The notes under the pieces: model-generated
Databases searched by the model: none
What the model saw: only the letters and a program-made list of their open reading frames with translations
Told to the model about the DNA's origin: nothing
DNA from: Spirochaetia bacterium
Lineage (GTDB): Bacteria; Spirochaetota; Spirochaetia; CAKZLE01
Assembly (NCBI GenBank): GCA_963677595.1
Contig: OY782041.1
Location: 2,272,001 to 2,336,000 of the forward strand
Length of the DNA stretch: 64,000 bases
Direction of reading: 5' to 3'
Made by a program: the position numbers and the translations under genes
Part shown: piece after piece, positions 18,394-28,382 of the stretch
How the letters are laid out: each line of letters opens with the position of its first letter
How positions within the stretch are numbered: position 1 is the stretch's first letter

Positions 18394-21300
18394 ATGAAGC
18401 TCAGGACCAAGCTCTATCTGCTGATACTTATCACCATACTCGTGATCGTGGCGATCCTTGCCATCGATAACCACAACAACATCGTTGCAAACAACGAGCG
18501 GCTCATCGAGTCCAAGCTGCTCGCAGTCTCACGGTCCAAGACCTACAGCATCGACCACTATTTCAAGACGCTCGAGGATGAACTTGGCCTGGTCTCCAGC
18601 AGGTCCCTGCTGCTCGCACACCTGGAGGATTATCTTGCTACCGGGGACCGGGGTGTCCTTGCAGAGATCAGGGAAAGTCTCTCCCATGCAGTCGGTGCAT
18701 CCCACCTGCTCGATCAGATCACCTTGACTGACCCCGAGGGTAACGTCCTGGTCTCGACTATGGATGCAGGGGAGAGCATTTCTCCCGAGCAGGAAGAACT
18801 GGGGGAGCCGGAAGTGATCCTGGGCTTCGTGGAGGCTGACGGGAGGGAATTCGTTCATTCAAGGGTGCCGATCTATGATGAGGGGGAGACTCTTGATACC
18901 CTGATGTATGTCCTGTCTGATTTCACTGACCTGACCAGCAGTATTACCGATGTCGGCCGGATCGGCTTTGACACGGATGACACGCAGTTCGCTTGGTTCC
19001 AGGAGAACGGGGAAGCCCTCTACCTGACCCCCATGCGGTATGACCCTGACAGTGCCCTTACCAGGACCGTCAGTACTGCAGAAACATCAGTCTCTGTCAT
19101 TCAGTCATTGGACTACCCTGACGGAGGCTTCATCGAGGCTGTTGATTACCGGGGAGCCCCGGTGTTCGCCTATGTCGCCTATCTGGATGCGTATGATGTG
19201 GGGCTGTCCGTGGAGCTGGATGTTGCCGAGATCCAGGGTATGGTCAGATCTGATACGGTAAGGAGTTTCTTCCTCTTCATCCTGATCCTTGTCGGAGTCT
19301 CCATCGTGGTCCTCGTGGCCATGAACAGGCTGTTCGCCCCCCTGAAGACCTTGGCCGACTCCATGTCACAGGCCTCTGAGGATGAGTACCATGAAGTGAC
19401 GGTACCAGGGAAGGATGAGATCGGGCTGCTTGCCAGGACCTACAACGAGATGCAGCGCAGGCAGCAGACCTACATCGCTGCCGTGAGGACTGAGCAGCAG
19501 CGGTATCAATCGATCATGCAGCTTGCCACTGATGCGATCTTCCTGATCAGGCCTGAGGATGGGAGGATGGTCGAGTGCAATGCACGCACGAAGGAACTGC
19601 TTGGATACGATGATAGTGATGGGATGGAGAGCCTGACAGTCATGGACTGGGACCGGGGTATCAAGGACCTGGCGATGTTTCATGGGATCATCGATGGGAT
19701 CGGGGATGAGCCGGTCTTCTTCGAGCGAGTCCATACCTGCAAGGATGGGTCCACCTATATCGCTGCGGTGGCAGCGGCACGGATCATGCTCGACGGCACC
19801 GAATACATCTACTCGTCGGCACGGGATATCACGAGCCAGAAGGCACAGGAAGCTCTAATCCAGGCGCAGAACGAGAACCTGGAGATCGCCCAGCGGACGG
19901 CGAAGCTCGGGTTCTGGGATTATGCCATCCCTGAGGACCGGCTCACCTGGAGTGATGAGATCTACCATATCTTCGGCATCCCGCCCCAGAGCTTCAGCGA
20001 GACCTTCGAGAGCTTCCTGAGTTTCGTCCATCCTGAGGACCGGGACAGGGTCGCCGTGACCTATACCGGTTCCCTGGAGCAGAAGTCTGCAGGCTACCAG
20101 CTGCAGCACCGGGTCGTACAGGCAGACGGCACGGTGGTGTATGTGATTGAGATCGTGAAGACCGAGTATGATGGAGAGGGGAATCCCCTACGGTCCTTCG
20201 GGACGGTCCAGGACATCACGCAGTTAGCTGCGTATGAGCGGGAGATCATCGAGAAGAATGCCATGCTTGAGGAGACCCAGCATATCGCCAGGCTCGGGTT
20301 CTGGGATGCTGACATGGTGCAGGGGACGGTCACCTGCAGCAGCGAGATCTATACGATACTCGGCACTGACCCTGAGAGCTTCGATGGGTCCCTCAGTTCG
20401 TTCGGGAAGTACATCCACCCCGATGATGTCCAGGATTTCCATACCCTGCATGTCGAGTCGGTCGCGAAGCGCTCGGGTTACCAGTTCACCTACCGGATCG
20501 TACGTGACGACTGGACTGCCGTGGATGTGCAGATCCATGTCCGGTTTGAGTTCGATGAGGAGGGGAAGCCTGTCAGATCCCTTGGCGTGATGCAGGATAT
20601 TACCGAGCAGGTGGCAAACGAGAACCGGCTGCTCACCATCACCAACACGAGCCCGGATGCTATCATCATGATGGACCCGAAAGGTTTGGTCGCATTCTGG
20701 AATCCTGCTGCCCAGAAGTTGTTCGGGTATACCGCAGAGGAGGTCATGGGGAAACATCTTCATAACCTGCTGGCCCCTGAACGCTTCCATGCTGCGCACA
20801 ATGCTGCATACCCGGAATTCCTGAAGACGGGGAAGGGTGGTGCGATCGGCAAGACCTTGGATCTCCAGGCCCTGCGCAAGGATGGCAGTGAGATCGATAT
20901 CGCGCTCTCACTCGGTGCGGTTCAGCGGGATAACCAGTGGCATGCCGTGGCGGTCCTCAGGGATATCACGGAGCAGAAGCGGGTTGAGGAGTTGATCAAG
21001 AGCCAGAAGGAGGAACTCGAGACCATCTTCCAGACCTCTCTGGAAGGCATATCCCTGCTGACGGCAGACCGGAAGATGACCTATGTCAATAAGCGGTTCG
21101 CGGAGATCTTCGGCTACGAGCAGGAGGAGATGCTCTCGAAGTCTTGCCATGACCTGACTGATCCCGACTACTATGAGGAGCTTGAACGTGTCTTTGCCCA
21201 GGTGATCGAGACGGGTTCCTATGAGGGGTTCGAACGGTACTGCTACACGAAGGACGGGATAAAGAAGAGGATCAAGTCATCCATCGCCATGATGCCGGAC

Positions 21301-21852
21301 AGGGAGCATGTCCTCATGACCTCCGAGGATATCACGGAGCTCTATGATGCCATGGAGCTGATCAAGAAGCAGGCGATCACTGATGAACTGACCCAGCTGT
21401 GGAACCGCAAGGCCTATAACACGCGGGTCGGCAACGCAGTGGCCCGCTACCAGCGGTACCACGTGGTGTTCTCCCTGCTCCTCTTCGACATCGACCATTT
21501 CAAATTCATCAATGATTCCTACGGGCACCTCGTTGGAGACGATGTCCTGGTCAATGTGAGCCATATCGTCTCCTCCCTGCTGAGGAAGAATGACTATTTC
21601 TTCAGGCTCGGCGGGGATGAGTTCGTGCTGATCCTCTCGAACACCAACCTTGAGGGAGCCGCGGTATTCGCTGACCGGGTCCGTATGGCCATACAGCAAA
21701 AGGTGATCATCGTCCAGGACAGGTCTATCACCGTCAGCATGGGGGTGAGTGAAGTGGGGACTGAGGATGATCCCGATACCCTGTTCAAGCGTACCGATGA
21801 CAACCTCTACAAGGCCAAGGGCTCGGGGCGGAACTGCGTGGTCGCAAGGTAG
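18394..21852 (+). CDS. Membrane-bound diguanylate cyclase (Cache-like sensor, HAMP, multiple PAS, GGDEF)
   Basis: Two TM segments, DEIGLLA HAMP motif, repeated PAS/PAC (RDIT/QDIT), DIDHFK.IND.YGH, RKND I-site and GGDEF. Confidence 0.93.
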   Translation: MKLRTKLYLLILITILVIVAILAIDNHNNIVANNERLIESKLLAVSRSKTYSIDHYFKTLEDELGLVSSRSLLLAHLEDYLATGDRGVLAEIRESLSHAVGASHLLDQITLTDPEGNVLVSTMDAGESISPEQEELGEPEVILGFVEADGREFVHSRVPIYDEGETLDTLMYVLSDFTDLTSSITDVGRIGFDTDDTQFAWFQENGEALYLTPMRYDPDSALTRTVSTAETSVSVIQSLDYPDGGFIEAVDYRGAPVFAYVAYLDAYDVGLSVELDVAEIQGMVRSDTVRSFFLFILILVGVSIVVLVAMNRLFAPLKTLADSMSQASEDEYHEVTVPGKDEIGLLARTYNEMQRRQQTYIAAVRTEQQRYQSIMQLATDAIFLIRPEDGRMVECNARTKELLGYDDSDGMESLTVMDWDRGIKDLAMFHGIIDGIGDEPVFFERVHTCKDGSTYIAAVAAARIMLDGTEYIYSSARDITSQKAQEALIQAQNENLEIAQRTAKLGFWDYAIPEDRLTWSDEIYHIFGIPPQSFSETFESFLSFVHPEDRDRVAVTYTGSLEQKSAGYQLQHRVVQADGTVVYVIEIVKTEYDGEGNPLRSFGTVQDITQLAAYEREIIEKNAMLEETQHIARLGFWDADMVQGTVTCSSEIYTILGTDPESFDGSLSSFGKYIHPDDVQDFHTLHVESVAKRSGYQFTYRIVRDDWTAVDVQIHVRFEFDEEGKPVRSLGVMQDITEQVANENRLLTITNTSPDAIIMMDPKGLVAFWNPAAQKLFGYTAEEVMGKHLHNLLAPERFHAAHNAAYPEFLKTGKGGAIGKTLDLQALRKDGSEIDIALSLGAVQRDNQWHAVAVLRDITEQKRVEELIKSQKEELETIFQTSLEGISLLTADRKMTYVNKRFAEIFGYEQEEMLSKSCHDLTDPDYYEELERVFAQVIETGSYEGFERYCYTKDGIKKRIKSSIAMMPDREHVLMTSEDITELYDAMELIKKQAITDELTQLWNRKAYNTRVGNAVARYQRYHVVFSLLLFDIDHFKFINDSYGHLVGDDVLVNVSHIVSSLLRKNDYFFRLGGDEFVLILSNTNLEGAAVFADRVRMAIQQKVIIVQDRSITVSMGVSEVGTEDDPDTLFKRTDDNLYKAKGSGRNCVVAR

Positions 21853-21876
21853 CCCGCCCCAGGCACCCAGGATGAA

Positions 21877-23175
21877 TCAGTTCCGGTAGTCCTCAGCCGT
21901 CCGCGAGGCGACCCGTGCCCATTCCCATAACCTCTGCGGTTCGTACTCCACCGTGGAGATGTCCTTCATGATCAGCTCTACCGGGCAGCCCCTGGCAGGG
22001 TCCAGGTATTCACGTATCTCGCGTTCAGCCTTATCGGTTGACCATTCCGACACGAACACTGCCGGGTTCGGCTTCCTGCTGTGCACATACCCGTCCCCGA
22101 TGTTCCTGACAGCCGCCTCCGTGTCGTTCCACGGGCTCACCGAGATCTTTCGCAGGTTCGGTATCTTATGCAGGATGTCCATCTTCTTGCCCAGCGGTTC
22201 GCAGCAGCCGTAGTAGGTCATGCCCCAGCGCTCGAGCCACCGCAGGTCATGCTCAATGGCGAACTCCCAGTGCATCTCGGGTGACACCTCGCTGAAGATC
22301 TGGGCATTCGAGCAGCCCCACATGTCCTGCGGCCTGACCCGGTCCGGGTCGAACCCGTCACCGGGAAGCTCTGAGGTATAGCCATAACCGCCGGACCCGA
22401 TCCTGGTATTGTTGCAGTCGAGGGAGAGCAGGTTCTGCTCCTCGAACTGGTCCAGTTCTGCCATCCAGGCATCGACCATCCTCGAGACAGCAGCATGTAC
22501 CATCTCAGGCCGGAGGACCAGGTCCATCATGGCCTCCTGGATACCCCACCAACGGATGAGGAAGTCCCAGGGGGTGAACCAGATATGGGTCTGGCCCTCC
22601 TTTCTGACCGGGATGATATCCTTATAGAGGCCCTGCATCGTGGCGAATGCTATGTCAGTGGCCTGCCGGTTATGCTCGACTTTGGGCATCCTGATCTTCG
22701 CGATATCCTCAGGCTCCTTGATCTGGATGTTGAAATGGCGGGAATAGATGTCGTTATCCCCATCGGTCATGACGACATCGACATCCTCCGTGATCCCGAA
22801 GTCCGAGCTGTAGATCGACAGCGGGCAGCTGATAAAGGGGTTGATGACCATGTCGCCGGGCATGTGCTCCCACTGGTAGATCGTTCTGCGCAGCTCCCGC
22901 TCATGTTCCCGTGCCCAGGGATGCTCGGTCTGCAGGGTGAGCTCATCCTCAAAGTTCATCTCATGCCAGGGGATCTCGTTGATCCAGACCATCGGGCGTT
23001 CCGGTTCGAGGTCGTTCATCTTCTGCCAGAGGCGTGAGCGCTCCTGGTTTACCGGGTCCTGTGCATACTTCGCGATCTTCTCTCCCAGGACGCGCAGGAC
23101 AGCCTTGTCCTCATCTCGTAACCTGATCTCCTCGGCTATAGGGTATACCGGCTTATGGCTTGGATCATGCAGCAT
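21877..23175 (-). CDS. URO-D/cobalamin methyltransferase-like TIM-barrel protein of unknown function
   Basis: VSPEMHWEF, YYGCCEP, KISVSPW, SRKPNP and KDIST motifs, as recalled for this uncharacterised family in anaerobes. Confidence 0.65.
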   Translation of the reverse strand: MLHDPSHKPVYPIAEEIRLRDEDKAVLRVLGEKIAKYAQDPVNQERSRLWQKMNDLEPERPMVWINEIPWHEMNFEDELTLQTEHPWAREHERELRRTIYQWEHMPGDMVINPFISCPLSIYSSDFGITEDVDVVMTDGDNDIYSRHFNIQIKEPEDIAKIRMPKVEHNRQATDIAFATMQGLYKDIIPVRKEGQTHIWFTPWDFLIRWWGIQEAMMDLVLRPEMVHAAVSRMVDAWMAELDQFEEQNLLSLDCNNTRIGSGGYGYTSELPGDGFDPDRVRPQDMWGCSNAQIFSEVSPEMHWEFAIEHDLRWLERWGMTYYGCCEPLGKKMDILHKIPNLRKISVSPWNDTEAAVRNIGDGYVHSRKPNPAVFVSEWSTDKAEREIREYLDPARGCPVELIMKDISTVEYEPQRLWEWARVASRTAEDYRN

Positions 23176-23198
23176 CGTTTCCTCTCCTTCTTGTTTTC

Positions 23199-24248
23199 TT
23201 AGTACTGGCCGAACTCGTCCACTGTATCGAACATGGCCAGCACGTTCTCCACCGGGGTCTCGTCGAGGATGTAGTCATGACTTGCGGCACAGATATACCC
23301 CCCGCCCGGCTTCATGACCTCCAGGATCTTCCGTGTCTCCTCCCGGACGAACTGTGTTGAAGCTCCGTCGATGAGGACCCGGTGGGAGTCCACCGCACCG
23401 TTGAGCACGATATCCTTCCCGAAATCCCGCTTCAGCCCGGCAGGCTCCATCCCCGTGCAGTCGGGCTGCAGCGCATGAAGCCCGTCAAGTCCCGCATCGA
23501 TCATCGTGGGGATCAGCTGCCTGAACCCGCCGCAGCTGTGCATCATGACCTTCTTGTCATAGAAGTGTCCCAGGTTGATCAGGCGCTTCAGGGAGGGGAG
23601 GATGAAGGTCCTGAACCACTCGAGGCCGATCAGCGGTCCGGTCTGGCTGCCGAAGTCGTTCCCGATGAAGAAGATGTCGATCGACTCTCCGGCGGCCTCG
23701 AAGGTCCGTCGCGTGACTTCCCAGTAGTAGTCGGTGATCTTCTCGAAGAGTGCCTCGACGGCAGCGGGGTAGTCGCACATCATGTAATAGAGGTTCTCGT
23801 GCCCTACGAGGTCGATGGCATCATGCCAGAAGGGTGACCATTCGCCGCCGAGGATCGCATACGATCCCTTGTGCGGTGCGGCCTGTTCCCTGATCGTGGA
23901 GATATCGGCCCAGTCAGGGTCCGGCCAGCTGTATGCCTCTATATCTGCCGGTGTCCGTGCATCAGCGAGTGGGTGGGATGTCGGCTGGCCGTACCCGATC
24001 CCGATCCGCTCGACCCCGAAGGGACTGCACCAGGTAGCACCGGCCGAAAGCTGGTGCTCCGGCCCGCGGTAGACAGAATAGACCCGCCTGAAGTCATCTC
24101 CGAAGCGGAGGTTCAGCTCCTCATCCTGTGCTGTGCCGATATGCTGTTTTGCCTTTTCCCAGAACTCGGGACTGGCCCCGCACCACCGGGGGACTTTATC
24201 AGGTTCCTTATGCGCGAATACGGCTGCTACCCGCTCTTTCGAAGTCAT
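23199..24248 (-). CDS. Uroporphyrinogen decarboxylase-family (MtaA/CmuA-like) protein
   Basis: MTSKERV...H.EPDKVP, GNDFGSQTG, HSCG, LKRDFG...LNG.VD, GGGYI and ETPVENV motifs. Confidence 0.88.
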   Translation of the reverse strand: MTSKERVAAVFAHKEPDKVPRWCGASPEFWEKAKQHIGTAQDEELNLRFGDDFRRVYSVYRGPEHQLSAGATWCSPFGVERIGIGYGQPTSHPLADARTPADIEAYSWPDPDWADISTIREQAAPHKGSYAILGGEWSPFWHDAIDLVGHENLYYMMCDYPAAVEALFEKITDYYWEVTRRTFEAAGESIDIFFIGNDFGSQTGPLIGLEWFRTFILPSLKRLINLGHFYDKKVMMHSCGGFRQLIPTMIDAGLDGLHALQPDCTGMEPAGLKRDFGKDIVLNGAVDSHRVLIDGASTQFVREETRKILEVMKPGGGYICAASHDYILDETPVENVLAMFDTVDEFGQY

Positions 24249-24520
24249 ACGTCGCTCCTCCTGTACACTGGGGTTGAGATCATACGGGAGATTATAGGGG
24301 GAGTACCTACGTGCAATAAAGGTTAAAGATCTTCATAAGGACTGTAAAAATTTACATAGGAACATAAGAAATTACAATATATCAGTCAAAAACAGGAGGG
24401 GAGTATGGAGAATTTTGCTGTCCGTTTCAAAATTTTTCACGTTGTTGTCTCGTGCCTCACATACTACGATGAGCCATCAATCATTTGCGATCGGCAGGAG
24501 ACTGCCAAAAGGAGAAGAAA

Positions 24521-25699
24521 ATGAGAAAGTTGTTACTGGTCACTGCCTGCCTCATCCTGGCTGCAGGGATGCTGTGTGCGAACGGCAGTTCAGAGGAGAG
24601 TTCCGCGATGAGCGCTGAAGCCGCTGAGGCGAACCTTGCTGCCTCCCGGGCTATCGATATCTCGGATGTCAAGGGCAGTGATGGCCAGCTGCTGCTCATG
24701 TATGGTGTGACACGGCCGGTGCCTGCCAAGCCGGCGGACCCGGAGATGCTCGACATGTGGAAGATCGAGTATGCCGGGAGGCAGACTGACAAGCTCCCGA
24801 TGATCGAGTCCCCCGGGGACGGGATCATCGGCAAGAAGGTCATCATGATCCAGCAGTCGGAGCATCCGTACTGGACGGCGGTAAGCAATGGTGCCAGGAT
24901 GGCCTGTGAAGCATACCAGGCAGATTATCAGATGTGGAACCCGAACGGGGACTTGAACCAGCAGAACCAGTTCGTCGACCGTGCCATCGCCGAGAAAGCC
25001 GATATGGTCCTCCTTGCACCGCTCGACGCCAAGGCTGGTGTACAGCAGTTCAAGAAGCTCTATGATGCCGGGATCCCCACTATCGCGTACAATATGATAC
25101 CGTCAGATGATGCTATGCGCTATGTTCTGGCTATCACGGCACCGGATGACTTCGGGCAGTTCAAGATGCTCGCAGAGCATCTTGCTGAATCTGTGGACGG
25201 GAAGGCCGGTGTCGGGTACATCACCCACATCCCCGGAGGATCACCCTATTTCGCACGTACGACCAATGTGATCACGTACTACGAGGAGAACTATCCTGAC
25301 ATGAAGACCCTCGATATCCAGTCACCGGGTTTCGATGCCCCGAAGACCAAGCAGGTCGTGGCAGACTGGATCACCCGGTTCGGGGATGACCTGACCTGTA
25401 TCGTAGTCTCCGATGACTCATCACAGGGACTGGGTGTTACCCAGGCTTGTGAGGAAGCTGGCAGGTCCGATATCAAGGTGATCGCGGCAGGGAACTCGAA
25501 GGTCGGCATGGACCTCGTGGCTGCCGGGAAGCTCTTCGCCATCACCTACCAGTCAGCTGAGGCAGACGGTGCTATCCCCATCAAGGTAGCTGCAGACTAC
25601 TTCAACGGGGTGGAGCTCGACACGAATGCGGCGTTCTACCTGCCCCAGGCAGTGATCACGAAGGATAACGTGGCGAACTACATGCCGGCACAGTGGTAA
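24521..25699 (+). CDS. Monosaccharide ABC transporter substrate-binding protein (RbsB-like)
   Basis: Signal peptide MRKLLLVTACLILAAG with AGGAG RBS; HPYW..V..G, A.IP, D...LG and TYQS motifs. Confidence 0.9.
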   Translation: MRKLLLVTACLILAAGMLCANGSSEESSAMSAEAAEANLAASRAIDISDVKGSDGQLLLMYGVTRPVPAKPADPEMLDMWKIEYAGRQTDKLPMIESPGDGIIGKKVIMIQQSEHPYWTAVSNGARMACEAYQADYQMWNPNGDLNQQNQFVDRAIAEKADMVLLAPLDAKAGVQQFKKLYDAGIPTIAYNMIPSDDAMRYVLAITAPDDFGQFKMLAEHLAESVDGKAGVGYITHIPGGSPYFARTTNVITYYEENYPDMKTLDIQSPGFDAPKTKQVVADWITRFGDDLTCIVVSDDSSQGLGVTQACEEAGRSDIKVIAAGNSKVGMDLVAAGKLFAITYQSAEADGAIPIKVAADYFNGVELDTNAAFYLPQAVITKDNVANYMPAQW

Positions 25700-25728
25700 C
25701 GGAGTAACAGGTAATAATCGAAGTATGG

Positions 25729-25756
25729 GGACGGGTGCCTGTTGAGGTACCCGTCC
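25729..25756 (+). terminator. Stem-loop after the binding-protein gene (mRNA stabiliser or attenuator)
   Basis: GGACGGGTGCCT-gttg-AGGTACCCGTCC. Confidence 0.55.
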
Positions 25757-25783
25757 GTCAGACGATGGTATTGGGAGAGATAC

Positions 25784-27322
25784 GTGGGAGATACAGAATT
25801 TGCCCTGGAGATGAAGCAGGTCAGCAAGCGATTCCCGGGAACCCTGGCCGTGAATCATGTGGATTTCAGCGTCAGGCAGGGTGAGGTCCATGCGCTCATG
25901 GGCGAGAATGGGGCGGGCAAGTCCACCCTGATGAAGATCCTTGCCGGGTCATACAGCGACTACACCGGGGAGATCACGATACACGGCAAGAAGGTCAGCC
26001 TGCACAGCCCCGGCATGGCGAAGCAGGAGGCGGTGGGGATGATGTACCAGGAACTGAGCATCGCCTACAACCGCAGCGTCCAGGAGAATATGTTCGCCGG
26101 GGTCATCCCCGGGAAGGGCATATTCATCGATAAGGTGGAGTTGAGGAAGCGGACGATCGAATCACTGGCCCGGGTCGGGCTCGAGAGGCGTATCGACCCG
26201 GAAGTACCCATGAAGGATATCAGCCAGCATGAGTCACAGCTCATCGAGCTGGCCAAGGTACTGAACAGCAGCCCGAAGATCCTCGTGATGGATGAGCCCA
26301 CCTCGGCCCTCTCCAGTGCCGAGGTCAACATGCTCTTCGACATCATACGGGAGATCAAGAAGCACGGCGTGGCCGTGGTCTATATCTCGCACCACCTCCA
26401 TGAGGTCTTCCAGATCGCCGACCGGGTGACCGTCCTCCGTGACGGCAGGAAGATCGAGACGAAAGATATCTCGGATGTGACCAAGGAACGGCTGGTGGAG
26501 ATGATGATCGGGGAGAAGGTCTCCGATTTCTATAAGGACTCGGTCTCCCATATCGGGGAGAAGGTCCTCGAGGTGGAGGGGCTGTCCCACTACGGGTTCG
26601 TCCATGATATCTCCTTCTCCCTGAACAGGGGGGAGATCCTCGGGATCACCGGACTTGCCGGTTCGGGACGTACGGAACTCGGGCGCTGCCTGGGAGGGAT
26701 CGACCGGGTAGACAGCGGGCGCTACCGCCTTGAGGGGGAGGAGATCATCGTGCGGTCAGTGAACCAGATGCTCGGTAGGGGGGTCGCCTACCTGACCGAG
26801 AACCGGAAGACCGAAGGGCTCGCCCTGCGGCTCTCGAACCGGGTCAACCTGCTCTCCGCGATCATCCCGCGGCTCTCCCGCTGGGGGATCCACTTCCCTC
26901 ATAAGGGGGACGGCATCGTGGAGGACCTCTACCGGAAACTCTCCATCTATCCACCCGACCCCGATAAGACGACTTCCAACCTCTCAGGCGGGAACCAGCA
27001 GAAGGTCCTGCTGGCCAAGTGGCTCTCGACGAAGCCGAAGGTGCTGATCTTAGATGAGCCGACGAGAGGGGTAGACGTAGGGGCGAAGAAGCTGATCCAT
27101 GAGACGATCGTCGGCCTTGCCGAGGAAGGGGTATCTGTCCTGCTGCTCTCCTCAGACCTCCCTGAGCTTGTTGCGCTCTCGGACAGGATCTGTGTGCTGA
27201 AGCAGGGGCACATGATCGGGGAACTGCAGAAGACTGACGGGTTCGATGAGAACAAGGTCCTGTTGGCGGCGAATGGAGAAAGGAGTGTCTTCAGTGTTGA
27301 ATACCATGACAGTGCAGAATAA
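25784..27322 (+). CDS. Monosaccharide ABC transporter ATP-binding protein (RbsA-like)
   Basis: GENGAGKST, DEPTS, LSGGNQQKV and DEPTRGVDVGAK; two NBD halves. Confidence 0.93.
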   Translation: MGDTEFALEMKQVSKRFPGTLAVNHVDFSVRQGEVHALMGENGAGKSTLMKILAGSYSDYTGEITIHGKKVSLHSPGMAKQEAVGMMYQELSIAYNRSVQENMFAGVIPGKGIFIDKVELRKRTIESLARVGLERRIDPEVPMKDISQHESQLIELAKVLNSSPKILVMDEPTSALSSAEVNMLFDIIREIKKHGVAVVYISHHLHEVFQIADRVTVLRDGRKIETKDISDVTKERLVEMMIGEKVSDFYKDSVSHIGEKVLEVEGLSHYGFVHDISFSLNRGEILGITGLAGSGRTELGRCLGGIDRVDSGRYRLEGEEIIVRSVNQMLGRGVAYLTENRKTEGLALRLSNRVNLLSAIIPRLSRWGIHFPHKGDGIVEDLYRKLSIYPPDPDKTTSNLSGGNQQKVLLAKWLSTKPKVLILDEPTRGVDVGAKKLIHETIVGLAEEGVSVLLLSSDLPELVALSDRICVLKQGHMIGELQKTDGFDENKVLLAANGERSVFSVEYHDSAE

Positions 27323-28382
27323 TGACGTACGGAAGACCAGGCACAACTCGCTTGTGGTGGTGATTAACAGGTTCGGGGTGTTCTTCATGATCATCCTGCT
27401 GGCACTGGCCGGCATGATCGTCTCCCCGAACTTCCTCAGCCCCAACAACCTGCTGAATATACTGAATGCGGTCTCATACCTCGGGATCGTGGCCGCAGGG
27501 ATCTCGTTCGTGATCTACTGCGGCCAGTTCGGGGACCTGTCCGCGCCGATGACCATGGCTACCACCGGGGTCATCTGTGTGGAGTTCATGCGGTACGGGC
27601 TCTTCTGGGGAATACTCGGGGCGGTCCTCTCTGGGGTCGTCATCGGGCTCATCAACGGCTGGGTCGTCGGCAAGCTGCGGGCGAATGCGATCATCTGGAC
27701 CCTCGCGATGAACTTCATCCTCGAGGGGCTGGTCCGCTGGTCCTACAAGGGGACCCAGATCTATCCGGACATGGCTACCGAGAAGACCTACCAGACGGGC
27801 TTCTTCCTGCCGCTGCTGGCAAAGCTCGATCCCCATATCATGGAACTCGACCTGACCTCCCGGGCACAGGCCTTCAACGGCCTGGCGACCACCTATCCCC
27901 TGGGGATACCGCTGGTCCTCTATGTGATGTTCGCCGTGATGGTTATGGGCTATATCGTCATGTCCAGGTCGGAGTTCGGGAACCAGCTGAAGGTCGTGGG
28001 ATCCAATTATGAGGTCGGGAAGATGTCCGGCATCAATGCCACGAGGACGGTCATGCTGGCATTCACGATGTCCTCGGTCTGTGCCGCGATCGCGGGTATC
28101 TTCATGACCTCGCTGAACCAGGTAGGGGCTTTCTACATCGGGCAGGGGTATGACTTCCAGGCCGTGACAGCCATCATCCTCGGCGGCATGAGCCTCGCCG
28201 GCGGCCGCGGGAGCATGGTAGGCGTCTTCGGGGGTGTCTTCACCCTGGGGCTGATCAGCAACATCCTCACCCTGCTGGGGATCGGTACCTTCACGCAGAA
28301 GATGATCACCGGGGCAATTTTCATCATCGTAGTGGCGGTCAATGCAAGGTCGCTGCGGAAACTGGGACGGGATTATGCATAG
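27306..28382 (+). CDS. Monosaccharide ABC transporter permease
   Basis: DLS, G.N....MSGIN and AIILGG.SL.GGRGS motifs; hydrophobic. Confidence 0.92.
   Translation: MTVQNNDVRKTRHNSLVVVINRFGVFFMIILLALAGMIVSPNFLSPNNLLNILNAVSYLGIVAAGISFVIYCGQFGDLSAPMTMATTGVICVEFMRYGLFWGILGAVLSGVVIGLINGWVVGKLRANAIIWTLAMNFILEGLVRWSYKGTQIYPDMATEKTYQTGFFLPLLAKLDPHIMELDLTSRAQAFNGLATTYPLGIPLVLYVMFAVMVMGYIVMSRSEFGNQLKVVGSNYEVGKMSGINATRTVMLAFTMSSVCAAIAGIFMTSLNQVGAFYIGQGYDFQAVTAIILGGMSLAGGRGSMVGVFGGVFTLGLISNILTLLGIGTFTQKMITGAIFIIVVAVNARSLRKLGRDYA

Noticed and set aside
23199-24248. Calling the gene hemE
   Set aside because: Lacks the W.MRQAGR motif of true uroporphyrinogen decarboxylase and has the HSC motif of methyltransferase-like members.
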